Shown here piece after piece: positions 1 to 10,941 of a stretch of 64,000 nucleotides of DNA (within the stretch, counting starts at the first letter, position 1; each line of letters starts with the position of its first letter). A program made the translations under genes and the position numbers. The notes under the pieces were generated by a model. That model was not told the DNA's origin and ran no database searches. It saw nothing but the letters and a program-made list of their open reading frames with translations. This stretch comes from Trypanosoma brucei. Its lineage: Eukaryota. The stretch lies in contig CM000207.1 of NCBI GenBank assembly GCA_000002445.1, forward strand, positions 736,001 to 800,000, written 5' to 3'.

Positions 1-1317
1 ATCCTGCAGTCCTTTTCCCGTCATTCATTCATTCTTTCATTCTTTTGTTCGTTTGTTTTTTCTTTGGCATCCCAGCAGCACTTGTTTATATATTTATAAA
101 TGCCTGCGCGTTTGTGGTATTGTAGTGAGCAGCAAAAATAACAGAAATACAAAGGCATCGGTTGAATGAGTTTGTACTGCAACTGCGGCCGGAAAATTTT
201 AAAAAAAAAAGAAAGAAAAAGAAGAAGAAAAAAAAAAGAAAGAAAAAGGAGGGGATTGTGTGATGCAGGCAGTTTAAAAGCAACGGAAGGGACACGGGCG
301 CTTCGGTTGCGAGGTGTAGCGACTCACATCACATTATTCGAACCAAAAAGAAAAAATAAAATAAAAGACAAAATAAAAGAAAAGAAAAGGAAAAAAAAAG
401 TGTATCGGTTTACATATTTCTGTTTTTTTTTCCTTTTCTTTTATTTTGGTTTGGTCGTGATTGATATGTTTCGTTTCACGTTGTTATTGTTCCCTCGTAC
501 TTCCTTTCTTTTTTGTTTTTTTGTTTTTTTTTTCCACTCCCTTCACTCCCTTCCCTCCCTTCCCTCCTCCTTTGGGTTTATTTCCGTTTTCGTTTTTTTT
601 TCTCCTTTTCCCACGCACGCAGTTGTTATTTCCCCTCTTTTTTTTTTTATTTACTTCATTTTTTTTTTGTGTATTTGTGCAACCTCCGCTGTGTTTGTGA
701 GGACGTATCGCTTTCAGTTGATTTTTTGTCCCCTTCTTTTCTTCTCTTTTTCTTTTTTTCTTTTTTGTTATACCGTCGTGTCGTTTTTTTTCCTTTTTTT
801 CGTTTATTTTGCTGTTCTTTTTTGCGTTTTGTGTTTTGTTTTTTATATTTTCATGTTTTTATGTTGTGAGGCATATGACAGTCGCGGTCGGCCGAACGCT
901 AAAAAAAAGAAAAACTGATCGCCAATAATCTTACATCAACAAGGCGTTTTTCTTTGTGTTTCTTCTGTGATTTTTTTTTTGTTCCCTCTTTTCACTCACT
1001 CCATTCCCATTCGTTTCAACTTCATTTTGTTTATTTTTGTGTTTCGTTTTTGTTTATTTTATTTTGTTTTTTTTTGTTGTTGTTGTTTCCTTCATTCGTG
1101 CTTCCTGTTGGTTTTTTTCCCCATATTTTATGGTATATGAAGTGTCAGAAGCAGTAAAGAACGGAAAAGAAATGAGAAATGGATCGCGTAGCAGCAGCGG
1201 CATGTAAGAATAAATAATAACGATGATGGTGAGGAGGAAAAGTAAGAGGATAATAACGTCAGTAAATAACCACAAATAACAAAATGATAATAATGTTTAT
1301 TATTATTACTATTACTT

Positions 1318-1398
1318 TTGTTGTTTTTGTTGTTACTATTATTACTATTATTATTCAACAACAATAATAATAGTAATAATAGTAACAACAAAAACAAC
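1318..1398. repeat. Perfect AT-rich inverted repeat with arms of about 36 bp and a 7 nt spacer (caacaac); potential hairpin or cruciform
   Basis: Left arm ttgttgtttttgttgttactattattactattattatt. Its reverse complement aataataatagtaataatagtaacaacaaaaacaac is present immediately after the spacer. Coordinates approximate to a few bases. Confidence 0.8.
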
Positions 1399-1639
1399 GA
1401 AAACAGTATTGATGGATATAATAATATTGGGTCTAGATAATATGTGAGTGTGAAGAATGTAAGGGGGAGATTACGCGTATGTTTACATCAAAATAAAACA
1501 AAGTGACGGAAGCACAAAAGGACAAAAAATGAAGAAGAAGAAGAAGAAAAGAAATGAAAAAAAAAGAAAGAAAGGAGGAAAGAGGGAAGAGGAGGAGGGG
1601 AGACGTACCGGTATAAAAATATGAAAACAGACACGCGCG

Positions 1640-1760
1640 CACGCACATATATCTTTTATATATATGTCTTTTATATATTTATATATATATATACATATAT
1701 TCATATATACATATATTCATATATACATATATACATATATATATATATATTGTATATATT
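1640..1760. repeat. Imperfect (TA)n and TACATATA-type microsatellite block
   Basis: Direct read of tatatatacatatattcatatatacatatat and similar units. Confidence 0.8.
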
Positions 1761-2366
1761 TAAACGAATACATGTGTTTTTTTCTTATGTTATTTTATCT
1801 ATTTAGGTGCGGGTAAGTGTACATGTTTTTTTCTTCTTTATTGTTTATTGTTTATTTGCTTTATTATTATTATTATTATGTTGAAACGATAGGGGGAGGA
1901 GGAGGGATGAGAAGGTTACTTTTCTGTCATCCATTTTTTCTCTTTATCTTTTTTTTTCTTTTAGTTTGTTTTTACTTTTTGATCCCTCCGTCACTGCGGC
2001 ATGTCCGGATGTACTCCCATTTTTCTTTTTCTTTTTTCTTTTTTGTTTCGTTTTATCTTACTCATCCGCCTCCAACCGTGCATTTTTTTTTTCCGTTTCA
2101 CTTAGTTTTGTGTTCTCCAGTTCTTTTTTTTTCTTTTTTAATTCACTTCAATTTTATTATTTTGCTTCACTTGCCTACTTTTTTTTTTCTTTTTTTTTCG
2201 CTTGTTATGTTTCCGTCATTTTATCATTGCGCTGCCATTGCGTTTTCTTTTTTTCTTTTTTTTTTTCCACACCGTTTCTCCTTTTGTTTCTTTTCTTTTT
2301 AAAAAAAAAAAAATTAGAAAAAAAAATATTGCGTTCCCCTCACTCATTTTCCTATCCCTTTTAAAA

Positions 2367-2390
2367 CATACATACATACATACATACATG
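2367..2390. repeat. (CATA)6 microsatellite
   Basis: Direct read: catacatacatacatacatacat. Confidence 0.9.
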
Positions 2391-3640
2391 CGCACGTATA
2401 TGTATATGTAATAATACAAATATATGTGTGTACAACTTATGAGCATTATGGGAGGAAAGGAAGAGGAAGGGGAGTGAAAGGAGGATAGTAAAAAAAAAAA
2501 AAAAGAAAAATGAATAATTCAAGGAATAAAATAAAAAATAAAAAAATAAAGAAAAACGAATAGTGAAAACATGTTTAAATTATGATTGTTGTTATTATGT
2601 TTTTTTTTGATATTGATATTTTACACAGTGGAGTGTTGACTGAAAGGTTTCCAAACCTCCTATTTCCCTTATTTACTATCACATACATATCACATACGCG
2701 GGCTTTTCACTCTACCTCCCCTTTCCCTCCATTACGCAAGAAATAAATAAATTAAAAAGAAAAAAAGAAAAAAAAAAAGAAACGAAGAAAAAAAAACCGA
2801 AGAGTGATCGAAGGACAAAGTATAGTTTATTATTATTATTATTATCATTTTGTTTTCAAGTTTTTAATAGCAGAAAGAAACGAAAAAGGCAGAAAAGGAA
2901 AGGAGAATCACGAGTGAAATGATTGAGAAATGTTAACGGGTGGTGAGTGGTGTGCGCGTTTTGTCGTATTTGTGCATGTGAGTTGACTGGTGGAAAAAAA
3001 AAAGGAAAGATTTAAATAGGCCATTTGTTTTACGCAGAGGATGGGAAACTAAATAAAACCAGACGAACGGCTGAAGCCGTTTTTTTTTCTTTCATTTTCT
3101 TTCATTTTTTTTTTTTTGGTGAAGACGCAAACAGCAGCAGAACACGCAAGTATGAAATTGAAGGCGCCGCTCGCGTTAAGTGGGGTTTTCATGGAGGGCA
3201 AATTCGGTTGCTGCAAAGCATAGCCTTTTAGCAGCACGTTAAGCTCAGTGGAAAACTTACATGTGTGTTCGTGTTGGGGGCGTGTTTTTGTTTTTAAGTG
3301 GGAATGGTATTTTTGAAAACAAAAACAAAAACAAACGAACAAACAAACAAACTCAAATGAGTGCTCTTGTACACGCCGATCTGGCGGCTGTGCGCAAGGG
3401 GATACAAACGTAAAGAAAGAAGTTTATTATATTTTAAAGACAGGAAGAAAGTAAAAAGAAAAGAAAAACGCAGTAATTCCTCCATTGTAGTTTACGCAGG
3501 CGCGCCTCACCGCTCTTGTTTGTGCCATTTCCCCTTCTACAAAGAGACATGTACACATATGCCGCGTAACATAACTGCTGCATGAAGTGTGTGAAATGCC
3601 GTATATTTCCACTCTTTTCTTTCATTTTATTATCTGATTG

Positions 3641-3690
3641 TACCTCCTTTCCTTTCCCTTCCCCCTCCCTTTTGCTCTTTCTTTGTTAAT
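3641..3690 (+). promoter_or_regulatory. Polypyrimidine tract, candidate trans-splicing and polyadenylation signal, upstream of ACS1
   Basis: A C/T run (tacctcctttcctttcccttccccctcccttttgctctttctttgtt) on the coding strand about 240 nt before the ATG, with AG dinucleotides downstream. Kinetoplastid polyY tracts direct spliced-leader addition. Confidence 0.4.
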
Positions 3691-3925
3691 TCATTAATAG
3701 GTAAGTTGCCGAATATTATTTGAACTACATTTTATAGACTTGACTAAACTGTTCAACAACCAGGAACAATAACAAACGCCCAACGACAGGAGGGGTATCC
3801 CAACAATACAAGGGGGAGGGTAAGGGGGGGGGAAAAAAACTTACTGAGGAGATCGTTTCAACAAACCAGGTAAACGAGAAGTGACGATAATTAAATATTA
3901 ATAGTAGTGTGGCAGTTGTGTTTCG

Positions 3926-6022
3926 ATGGGAATGTACGTCACTAAGCTTCTCTCCCTCTGGAGTCACTGGTTTGAGGTGGATGACGAGGTGATCATTGCG
4001 AGACAAAAGTTTGGGCCACTTGCTCACATTTGTGGACCAGCGGAGGGCGAAAACTGTTCACCTGTTTACCGCTCCATAGGAGTCACAGATGAGGAGCAGG
4101 CGCGCATTACGAGGGAATGGTATTACGGCGAGCACTTTCTGAAACAGTTGGAGCAAACATGCACGAGCAGAAGAGATACTCTGGCAGTTGCTTACCGCAC
4201 AATTAACAAGGTTGAAAAGGAGTGGCGCGAGGACCATAATGGGAAGAGGCGCGAATGGCAGGTTACACATCTCAACGATCCGGTCTACATGACATATGGT
4301 GAATTATGGGAGAACTCTGTGGCCTTTGGAAAGGGTTTAAGGGAGTATGGAGCAAAGGAAGGGGACCGTGTTGCCATTTACGAGGATACGCGATGGGAGT
4401 GGCTTGCCTCTGCTATTGGGGTTTGGACGCAGTTGATGGTTACTGTAACAGTTTACGCTAACCTCTGCCGGGAGGGGCTGATGCACGCGCTCAAGGAGAC
4501 GGAGTGTGCCGCTATTATTTGCAACGGCCAAAACATAAAGGATCTCATTACCTTACTGAAGGAGGTCAATCTCACCAACACCACGTTGGTCTATCTCGAC
4601 TCTCTACCAGATGGGTTAAATGATGAAGGCATGCGCTTAATACCATGGAAACAGGTGCTGGAGACGGGAATGAAGAGTAACCTGGGCTATACCATTCCTG
4701 GAAATTGTGACACAACGGCTTTGATCATGTACACAAGTGGCACAGTGGCGGCACCCAAGGGTGTCATGCACACCTTTGGTTCTCTCACCGCCAGTAAAAA
4801 TGGGCTGGCGGACCGCTTCCTTGAGTGTATTGGACCCAAGGAGGAGGGTGAGACATATGTATCTTACCTCCCCCTTGCTCACATTTTGGAGTTTATTGCT
4901 GATGTGGTGATGCTTAGCCGCGGTACCTTGGTGTGTTTTGGTTCGCCACGAACACTCACGGATGATACGGCGCGACCACGAGGTGACTTGAAGGAGTTTA
5001 AGCCAGTGTTTATCGTTGGAGTCCCACGGATCTTTGAGACAATACGGAAGGTTGTGGAAAGTCGGCTACCACCTGTGGGTAGTTTTAAGAGGACCCTCTT
5101 TGATACTGCCTATGCTGACCGACTCCGTGCTCTCAAGGAGGGGAAAGATACGCCTTTCTGGAATGAAAAGGTTTTTAAGGTCCCACGCGACATGTTCGGT
5201 GGCAGGCTGCGTGGAGTGGTATGTGGTGGCGCACCTCTCGCTGACAGGACACAAGAGTTCATGCGGGTTGTCTTCGGCCTTCCGCTGGGACAAGGCTACG
5301 GATTGACAGAAACGTGCTGCAACGGAAGCATACAACGTTTGGGTGAGTTATATCCATCAGTTGGTCAACTCCTGAAAGGGGTTGAAGGGAGGCTATTGGA
5401 TACAGATGAGTACAAGCACACTGATAAGCCATTCCCGCGAGGGGAGCTCTGCCTTCGTGGGTCGTTTATGTTCAAGGGCTACTACAAGCAGGAGGCCATG
5501 AGCAAAGAAGTGTTGATTCCAGGGGGTTGGTTCCGCACGGGGGACGTTGTGGAAATTGGTGAAGATAATGCCCTGCGAGTCATTGGCCGTGTTAAGGCAC
5601 TGGTGAAGAACCTACTCGGAGAATACATTCAGCTGGAGTACCTGGAAGTGATTTACTCACAGCATCCATTGTCTGCCCCTAATGGCGTCTGCATTCTTGT
5701 AAATCAGCGGCGGGCATACATATGTGCCCTTGTAATCACCGACGAGGAAAGGGCTAAGAAGTTTGCCCAAGAAAATGGAATTGGTGGAACGTGGCCCGAG
5801 ATACTTAAGGACCCGACTTTCCACCAACGTGCCGCCAAGTCGTTGTCGAATTTCGGCGCTTCAATTGGTAGAAAACCCTTTGAACTGCTCCGTCAGGTAC
5901 GTGTGATCGCCGATGAGTGGACGGCAAAGAATGGGATGCTCACTGTCTCGATGAAAATCCGTCGCAACAAGGTGGAAGAAAGGTACGGCGATGTCATTGA
6001 ACAACTTTTCAAGTATGAGTAA
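3926..6022 (+). CDS. ACS1: Long-chain fatty acyl-CoA synthetase, first copy of the tandem ACS array (most divergent)
   Basis: 698 aa ORF carrying the AMP-binding superfamily motifs: P-loop-like MYTSGTVAAPKG, YGLTET, WFRTGD, GRVKALVKN, and a C-terminal VSMKIRR lysine motif. About 45-50 percent identical by eye to the three downstream copies. The symbol follows the known order of the T. brucei ACS1-4 array. Confidence 0.85.
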   Translation: MGMYVTKLLSLWSHWFEVDDEVIIARQKFGPLAHICGPAEGENCSPVYRSIGVTDEEQARITREWYYGEHFLKQLEQTCTSRRDTLAVAYRTINKVEKEWREDHNGKRREWQVTHLNDPVYMTYGELWENSVAFGKGLREYGAKEGDRVAIYEDTRWEWLASAIGVWTQLMVTVTVYANLCREGLMHALKETECAAIICNGQNIKDLITLLKEVNLTNTTLVYLDSLPDGLNDEGMRLIPWKQVLETGMKSNLGYTIPGNCDTTALIMYTSGTVAAPKGVMHTFGSLTASKNGLADRFLECIGPKEEGETYVSYLPLAHILEFIADVVMLSRGTLVCFGSPRTLTDDTARPRGDLKEFKPVFIVGVPRIFETIRKVVESRLPPVGSFKRTLFDTAYADRLRALKEGKDTPFWNEKVFKVPRDMFGGRLRGVVCGGAPLADRTQEFMRVVFGLPLGQGYGLTETCCNGSIQRLGELYPSVGQLLKGVEGRLLDTDEYKHTDKPFPRGELCLRGSFMFKGYYKQEAMSKEVLIPGGWFRTGDVVEIGEDNALRVIGRVKALVKNLLGEYIQLEYLEVIYSQHPLSAPNGVCILVNQRRAYICALVITDEERAKKFAQENGIGGTWPEILKDPTFHQRAAKSLSNFGASIGRKPFELLRQVRVIADEWTAKNGMLTVSMKIRRNKVEERYGDVIEQLFKYE

Positions 6023-7435
6023 CGCGTGCGGTCAGCGAGGGATGGTGTTGTGGACCACACGTTGGGTCTGTGCTGTGGGGTTATCGCTGGGTGAATCATT
6101 TGATGGTTGCTTTTTTTTTCTTCTTTTTTTTCCCTTTTTCGACACTTTTGTGTGTCTGGGCAGTTGGTGTTGTTATGTTCTTTTTCTTTCTTTTCTTGAC
6201 TTTGGTGCCCCTCCATCCCTTATGCCCCTTGTGTTTCGTCTCTTGGTTAAATTCCGACCCTGACAGTTGTTGTTATTATTATGGTTATCACTATTTTTTT
6301 CTTTGTTGGTGACGTTGGTGGCAGGAAATGTAACACATGAAGTGAATATACCCAACAGGTAGTAAAGAAAGTGGGAGTGAGGAGCGGGGGCAGTTTCGCC
6401 AACTGCGGTGTGCACGACTGAAAATAATGGAAGAGGAAAATACAGAAAGAGAAAGTGAAAGGGGGAAAAAAAGAGGAAAACAGAAGTGTCGCTCCACTGG
6501 TGAAGTGGAACCACGAGGAAACAATATTTCTTTTCCCCCTTCCTGTCTTCAAAAAGGAGTGCGGCGCATCGAGTAGGAAATGAACGATTCAGCCACCGTG
6601 GCACCAGATGTAAAACATTGGTTTAAACAGCCGGTAGGAGACGTTTGTAAACATAATGGACGAAACATATACCTACACTACACTGATGTTAATCGTAAAC
6701 ATGGTTTGGAGTGAAGGGGTGCGTTGCATGCGGGCACAAGTTTGACAGTTATTCCTCGCTTCTTACTTTTATTTGTGTTTTCCCGCGGAGGAACGTTTTG
6801 CCGCTCAGACGGATGTTTGCGCTACTACGCGTGCGTGGCTGCATCAGTAGCAGTTATGTGAATGCCATCGATTGATTGTGTGGATTCATCGGAGTGACCC
6901 TTATGTGTGTGTGTGTCACACACTATTATTTGTGTGTGCAGTACTTCTTTGAAGTGTTTCTTGTGCTCCTCGCCCTCTGGCTTCCTTACACCCCGCTGCT
7001 TCCCCCCTTTCCCTTTCCCCTTCAACTTTTTCTTAATTCCTCTCCCGATTTGATTCTTTTTCTTTAAATATAAACGAGGGTTTTCAGTGGGTCTTACAAA
7101 CTTACCTTTTTCTTATTCCCCCCATGTCATCAGCTGTGGCCATTCGAGAATTTCGCCGTTCCCCCACTTTGTTAACTTATCTGATGTTCAGTGCCTTTCC
7201 TTCCTCGGACTTTTTTTTTTTTACAAACATTTCCTTTACATTGCCTTTAATACACGCATGCACGTTGGTATAATATGCCAACGTTCCTTTTGGTGTATGC
7301 TGCGCAACTGAACCTAGCAGAGACAAATCCAGGTCCCTTACAGCACTGCAGAAGATTGGGCAGGATTCCTCATATATATTATATATCTTACAGTATATAC
7401 GTGTATTTATTTTACACACAACACTTTTTAAAAAG

Positions 7436-9562
7436 ATGAACACCGCTTCTGCGCTGAACGAAATCGAGGTGGCGGTCCTCCAGCTTATGGATGAGGCCAA
7501 CAGCCGAGAATCGGCACCAAACGAAGACATTGTGCAGCTTCGGAGCAAAGGCTCACAGAACGAGGCGATTCCACAGACAGAAACGGAGAATATGTCGGCC
7601 ATCTACCGTCGTGCCGGAGTCAGTGGCGAAGAGCACACACGACTCTGTCGAGAGTGGTACTACGGTGTGAACATGCCACAGAAGTTCATGGCAATATGCA
7701 AGAAAGGGGGAAGTCGCAGGGCTTTCGCGTACCGGGTTCTGTCAAACATATCGAAAGAAGTGCTAAGGGACCAAAATGGGCTTGAACGTTCATACGATAT
7801 AACATACTTTAAGGAAACGTGTTATATTAACTACCGTGTCCTCTGGGAAAATATCGAGTCGTTTGGGCGAGGTCTTGTGGAGTTGGGTATTTCACCAAAC
7901 TCCCGAGTCGCCATATACGAGGAGACGCGGTGGGAGTGGTTGGCAACAATTTACGGTATCTGGTCGCAGAATATGGTTGCCACCACAGTGTACGCCAATC
8001 TTGGGGAAGATGCGCTCGCGTATGCCCTCCGGGAAACAGGATCCCGTGCAATTATATGCAACGCAACAAATGTGCCAACACTGGTCCGGTTGGTGCAGAG
8101 CAACCGCATTCCGCCCTTGGTGATCATTTACATTGGTCAGCTACCTCCGGATACAAAAAGCACACATTGCCGCATCATCTCTTGGCTTCATGTCGTGGAC
8201 AATGGTCGCCTCTCAGATGAACCACTTCGAATCCCCACTGACAATGACCAAGTTGCTTTCATCATGTATACGAGTGGTACGACGGGGGACCCCAAAGGTG
8301 TCATTCACACACATGGCTCACTGATCTCGGGTGTTACTGCTTGTGCCGACTACGTGAATGAACTGATTGGTCCTTACGAAGAGGGTGAGTCGTACTGCGC
8401 TTACCTGCCTCTTGCCCACATATTTGAATTTGGTGTCGTCAACATCTTTCTTGCTCGCGGTTCTTTTGTTGGGTTTGGAAACCCCAGAACACTTCTCGAC
8501 ACGTACACTCGTCCACACGGTGATTACAGGGAGTACAAACCGGTTTTCACAATTGGCGTGCCGCGAGTGTACGACACGATAAAGAAAACGGTCGAGTCAC
8601 AGCTGGCACCCCGAGGGACACTACAGCGCCGTATATTCGAACACGCCTTCCAAACGAGACTTCGAGCCCTCAAGAAGGGTGAGGAGACCCCGTACTGGAA
8701 CAGGTTAATTTTTTCTCCATTTCGGTCCATGCTTGGAGGTAAGATGAAAACGATGCTTTCCGCCGGAGGGCCCCTCAGCGCACCAACGCAAACATTTCTT
8801 CATGTTGTATTTGGCATCATGCCACAAGGTTGGGGCCTCACGGAGACGGTGTGTGTTGGCACAAAGCAAGTCGCAGGTGATATGGAACCGGCCGCTGCAG
8901 GCAAGCAAGAGCGCACATGTGAAATGCGACTACTGGACGTGGAAGGATACAAGCACACCGATGAGCCCGATCCTCGTGGGGAAATTCTTCTGCGTGGTCC
9001 ATTCCTCTTCAAAGGGTACTACAAGCAGGAAGAACTAACCAAGGAGGTGCTTGATGAAGATGGTTGGTTTCATACGGGTGACGTTGGCAGCATCGGCCCC
9101 AATGGAACCCTTCGCATCATTGGCCGCGTGAAGGCCTTGGCAAAGAATGTTCTTGGAGAGTATGTTGCCATGGAAGCTTTGGAATCCATGTATGCACACA
9201 ACTCGCTGAGCATGCCCAACGGTGTTTGTGTCCTCGTGCATCCTGACAGACCGTACATTTGTGCGCTTGTTCTTACTGATGAAGCGAAGGTTGTTGCGTT
9301 CACGAGGGAGCATGGATTGAAAGGTAAATACCCTGAAGTTCTGCAGGACCCCGAGTTTCAGAAGAAGGCTACAGCATCATTTCAGGAGACGGCTCGTGCA
9401 TCTGATCGACAGAAGTTTGAGATTGTACGTCACGTACGCCTACTGAGTGATGAGTGGACTCCTGAAAATGGTGTGCTGACGGCCGCAGGCAAACTGAAGC
9501 GACGCGTCATCGATGAGAAGTACACTGATACTATTGTGTCACTTTTCGTGGAGGAGTGCTGA
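7436..9562 (+). CDS. ACS2: Long-chain fatty acyl-CoA synthetase, second copy; the N-terminal two thirds are unique, one internal patch and the C-terminal third are identical to copies 3 and 4
   Basis: 708 aa with MYTSGTTGDPKGVIHTHGSL, GWGLTET, WFHTGDVG, GRVKALAKNVLGEY and AAGKLKRRV. From LLDVEGYKHTDEPDPRGEILLRG to the stop codon the protein is identical or near-identical to copies 3 and 4. Confidence 0.85.
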   Translation: MNTASALNEIEVAVLQLMDEANSRESAPNEDIVQLRSKGSQNEAIPQTETENMSAIYRRAGVSGEEHTRLCREWYYGVNMPQKFMAICKKGGSRRAFAYRVLSNISKEVLRDQNGLERSYDITYFKETCYINYRVLWENIESFGRGLVELGISPNSRVAIYEETRWEWLATIYGIWSQNMVATTVYANLGEDALAYALRETGSRAIICNATNVPTLVRLVQSNRIPPLVIIYIGQLPPDTKSTHCRIISWLHVVDNGRLSDEPLRIPTDNDQVAFIMYTSGTTGDPKGVIHTHGSLISGVTACADYVNELIGPYEEGESYCAYLPLAHIFEFGVVNIFLARGSFVGFGNPRTLLDTYTRPHGDYREYKPVFTIGVPRVYDTIKKTVESQLAPRGTLQRRIFEHAFQTRLRALKKGEETPYWNRLIFSPFRSMLGGKMKTMLSAGGPLSAPTQTFLHVVFGIMPQGWGLTETVCVGTKQVAGDMEPAAAGKQERTCEMRLLDVEGYKHTDEPDPRGEILLRGPFLFKGYYKQEELTKEVLDEDGWFHTGDVGSIGPNGTLRIIGRVKALAKNVLGEYVAMEALESMYAHNSLSMPNGVCVLVHPDRPYICALVLTDEAKVVAFTREHGLKGKYPEVLQDPEFQKKATASFQETARASDRQKFEIVRHVRLLSDEWTPENGVLTAAGKLKRRVIDEKYTDTIVSLFVEEC

Positions 9563-10612
9563 TGAATGGTGCGGATCTCCATGGGGCGGTCTATTAATTG
9601 TGTTTGTGATGTTAATCAGTTCCTATTGTCCATCTGAATTGTCCTCTCTACACGTTCCATTATCTGTTTTCCGTCGGTCCAACTTCTTGATGCTGGTGGC
9701 GACAGCTTGCACGACAGGTTGTAAGCGTTAAGGCATGCAGGGTTGGTTTTGCAGCACGGGGGAGGGTATTGAAATACGTAATTTTTCCTAGTTGATACAT
9801 TTGATTACACTTGGTTTTGTTGTAGTGACTCTGTTTATTTACTTATTTTTCGCATAGGGGGATCCGATAGTGCAGACAACACGGTGTGCAAGTCGAGAAA
9901 CCCAAGTTACACCTGTATGCTCGTTTTCACGGGGTTGTGTATGCGTGAGTGCTATTTATTGGGTAACAGAGTCACCCTGCTGTTGCCTTTTTTCTTCCGC
10001 TTCGGGTGTTGGGGATTCTTCTTTTATCATTATTATTGTTATCCTCTTTTTTACTTGTTTTTAATTTTTGGCTTACGGTCAGGAGATTACTTACCCCCCT
10101 CCCCATCCAGTGGTTTTCCACATTGTCTAACTCACCGTAGGCCTTAGGCGCTTTGACATGATTTTCCATTCGCCCCTCCTGTGCACTTATGTCCGCGTCC
10201 CGTTACTTCTCACTCGTGCACTGTGCCTCGGTGCGATTCTTCCATTGTTTGTTTTTATTGACTACAAGTTTTTGTGGAAGGTTTCTTATAACATAAGCAA
10301 CTTAGGAATCACTGAGACGCATTGGCACACATTTCCCACCGCATCCCTCCCCTTGCTGTAGTCTTGTGTTGTTACGAGTGCCAGATGTTTGACCATCCAA
10401 TATGTACGACAATGACATCTGACCGCGGCACGTACGGGATCTGAAGGGGATTATCATGACAGCTGCAACCCGTAAATGTATGCTCGCTGATCCTGGTGCG
10501 CGTGTCTGTATGTGTGTAGGTTGCGCATCCTCAATAGTTACGAACCTTCATATTTCCCATTTCTTGTCATCTCGCGAGCACAAACCCTGGAGGCCACAGG
10601 TTAACCGCGTAC

Positions 10613-10698
10613 CTGTTATTGCTTTTTTCCTCTGTTTTCCTTCTGTTCTTCCCATCTTCGTCACGCCCCTCCTCATTTCTCTATCTTGCTTGCTACGA
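10613..10698 (+). promoter_or_regulatory. Polypyrimidine tract, candidate trans-splicing signal, upstream of ACS3; an identical copy at about 14112-14197 lies upstream of ACS4
   Basis: A long C/T run (gcttttttcctctgttttccttctgttcttcccatcttcgtcacgcccctcctcatttctctatcttgcttgc) on the coding strand about 250 nt before the ATG. Confidence 0.45.
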
Positions 10699-10941
10699 TA
10701 GCCATACCAAAAGACTGTAAAGCACAACCGCTCTGCAACAAGCACTAAGGGAAGAAAGACAGGTGATTGTGGATACGGTTGAACCTGAAGGGAAGGGAAG
10801 CAATCGGGACAGCAGTGGTGCGCGCCACGTGTGTTTGTGGGAGGAAGGCTTGTTAAGGTTGGCGAAATCATCTTAAAAGCCACCATTCACACCCAGTAAG
10901 TATTGTACTTCATAGGAAGCCTTTGCTTTTAAGATCCGATA

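Noticed and set aside
290-350. ttcgaacc / ggttcgaa motif resembling a tRNA T-loop
   Set aside because: The flanking sequence cannot form a T-stem or an acceptor stem. No cloverleaf is evident.
166-2446. Many ORFs of 60-250 aa in the first 3.9 kb
   Set aside because: They translate homopolymer or microsatellite DNA into poly-F, poly-L or poly-K strings and have no coding character.
1-3925. Possible divergent strand-switch region or transcription start site upstream of ACS1
   Set aside because: The pyrimidine bias is on the + strand and there is no minus-strand gene in the window, so I treat it as a long co-directional spacer. The sequence alone cannot exclude a start site further upstream.
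9035-9313. Antisense ORF recurring three times (9035..9313, 12541..12819, 16040..16318), which at first looks like a conserved gene family
   Set aside because: The recurrence is just a by-product of the near-identical ACS repeat units. The ORFs lie antisense to the conserved ACS C-terminal region.
9513-9731. ORFs running out of the ACS 3' ends into the spacer (9513..9731, 16518..16748)
   Set aside because: These are read-through frames of UTR and (GT)n sequence, not C-terminal extensions. The ACS ORFs end at well-conserved ...LFVEEC* termini.
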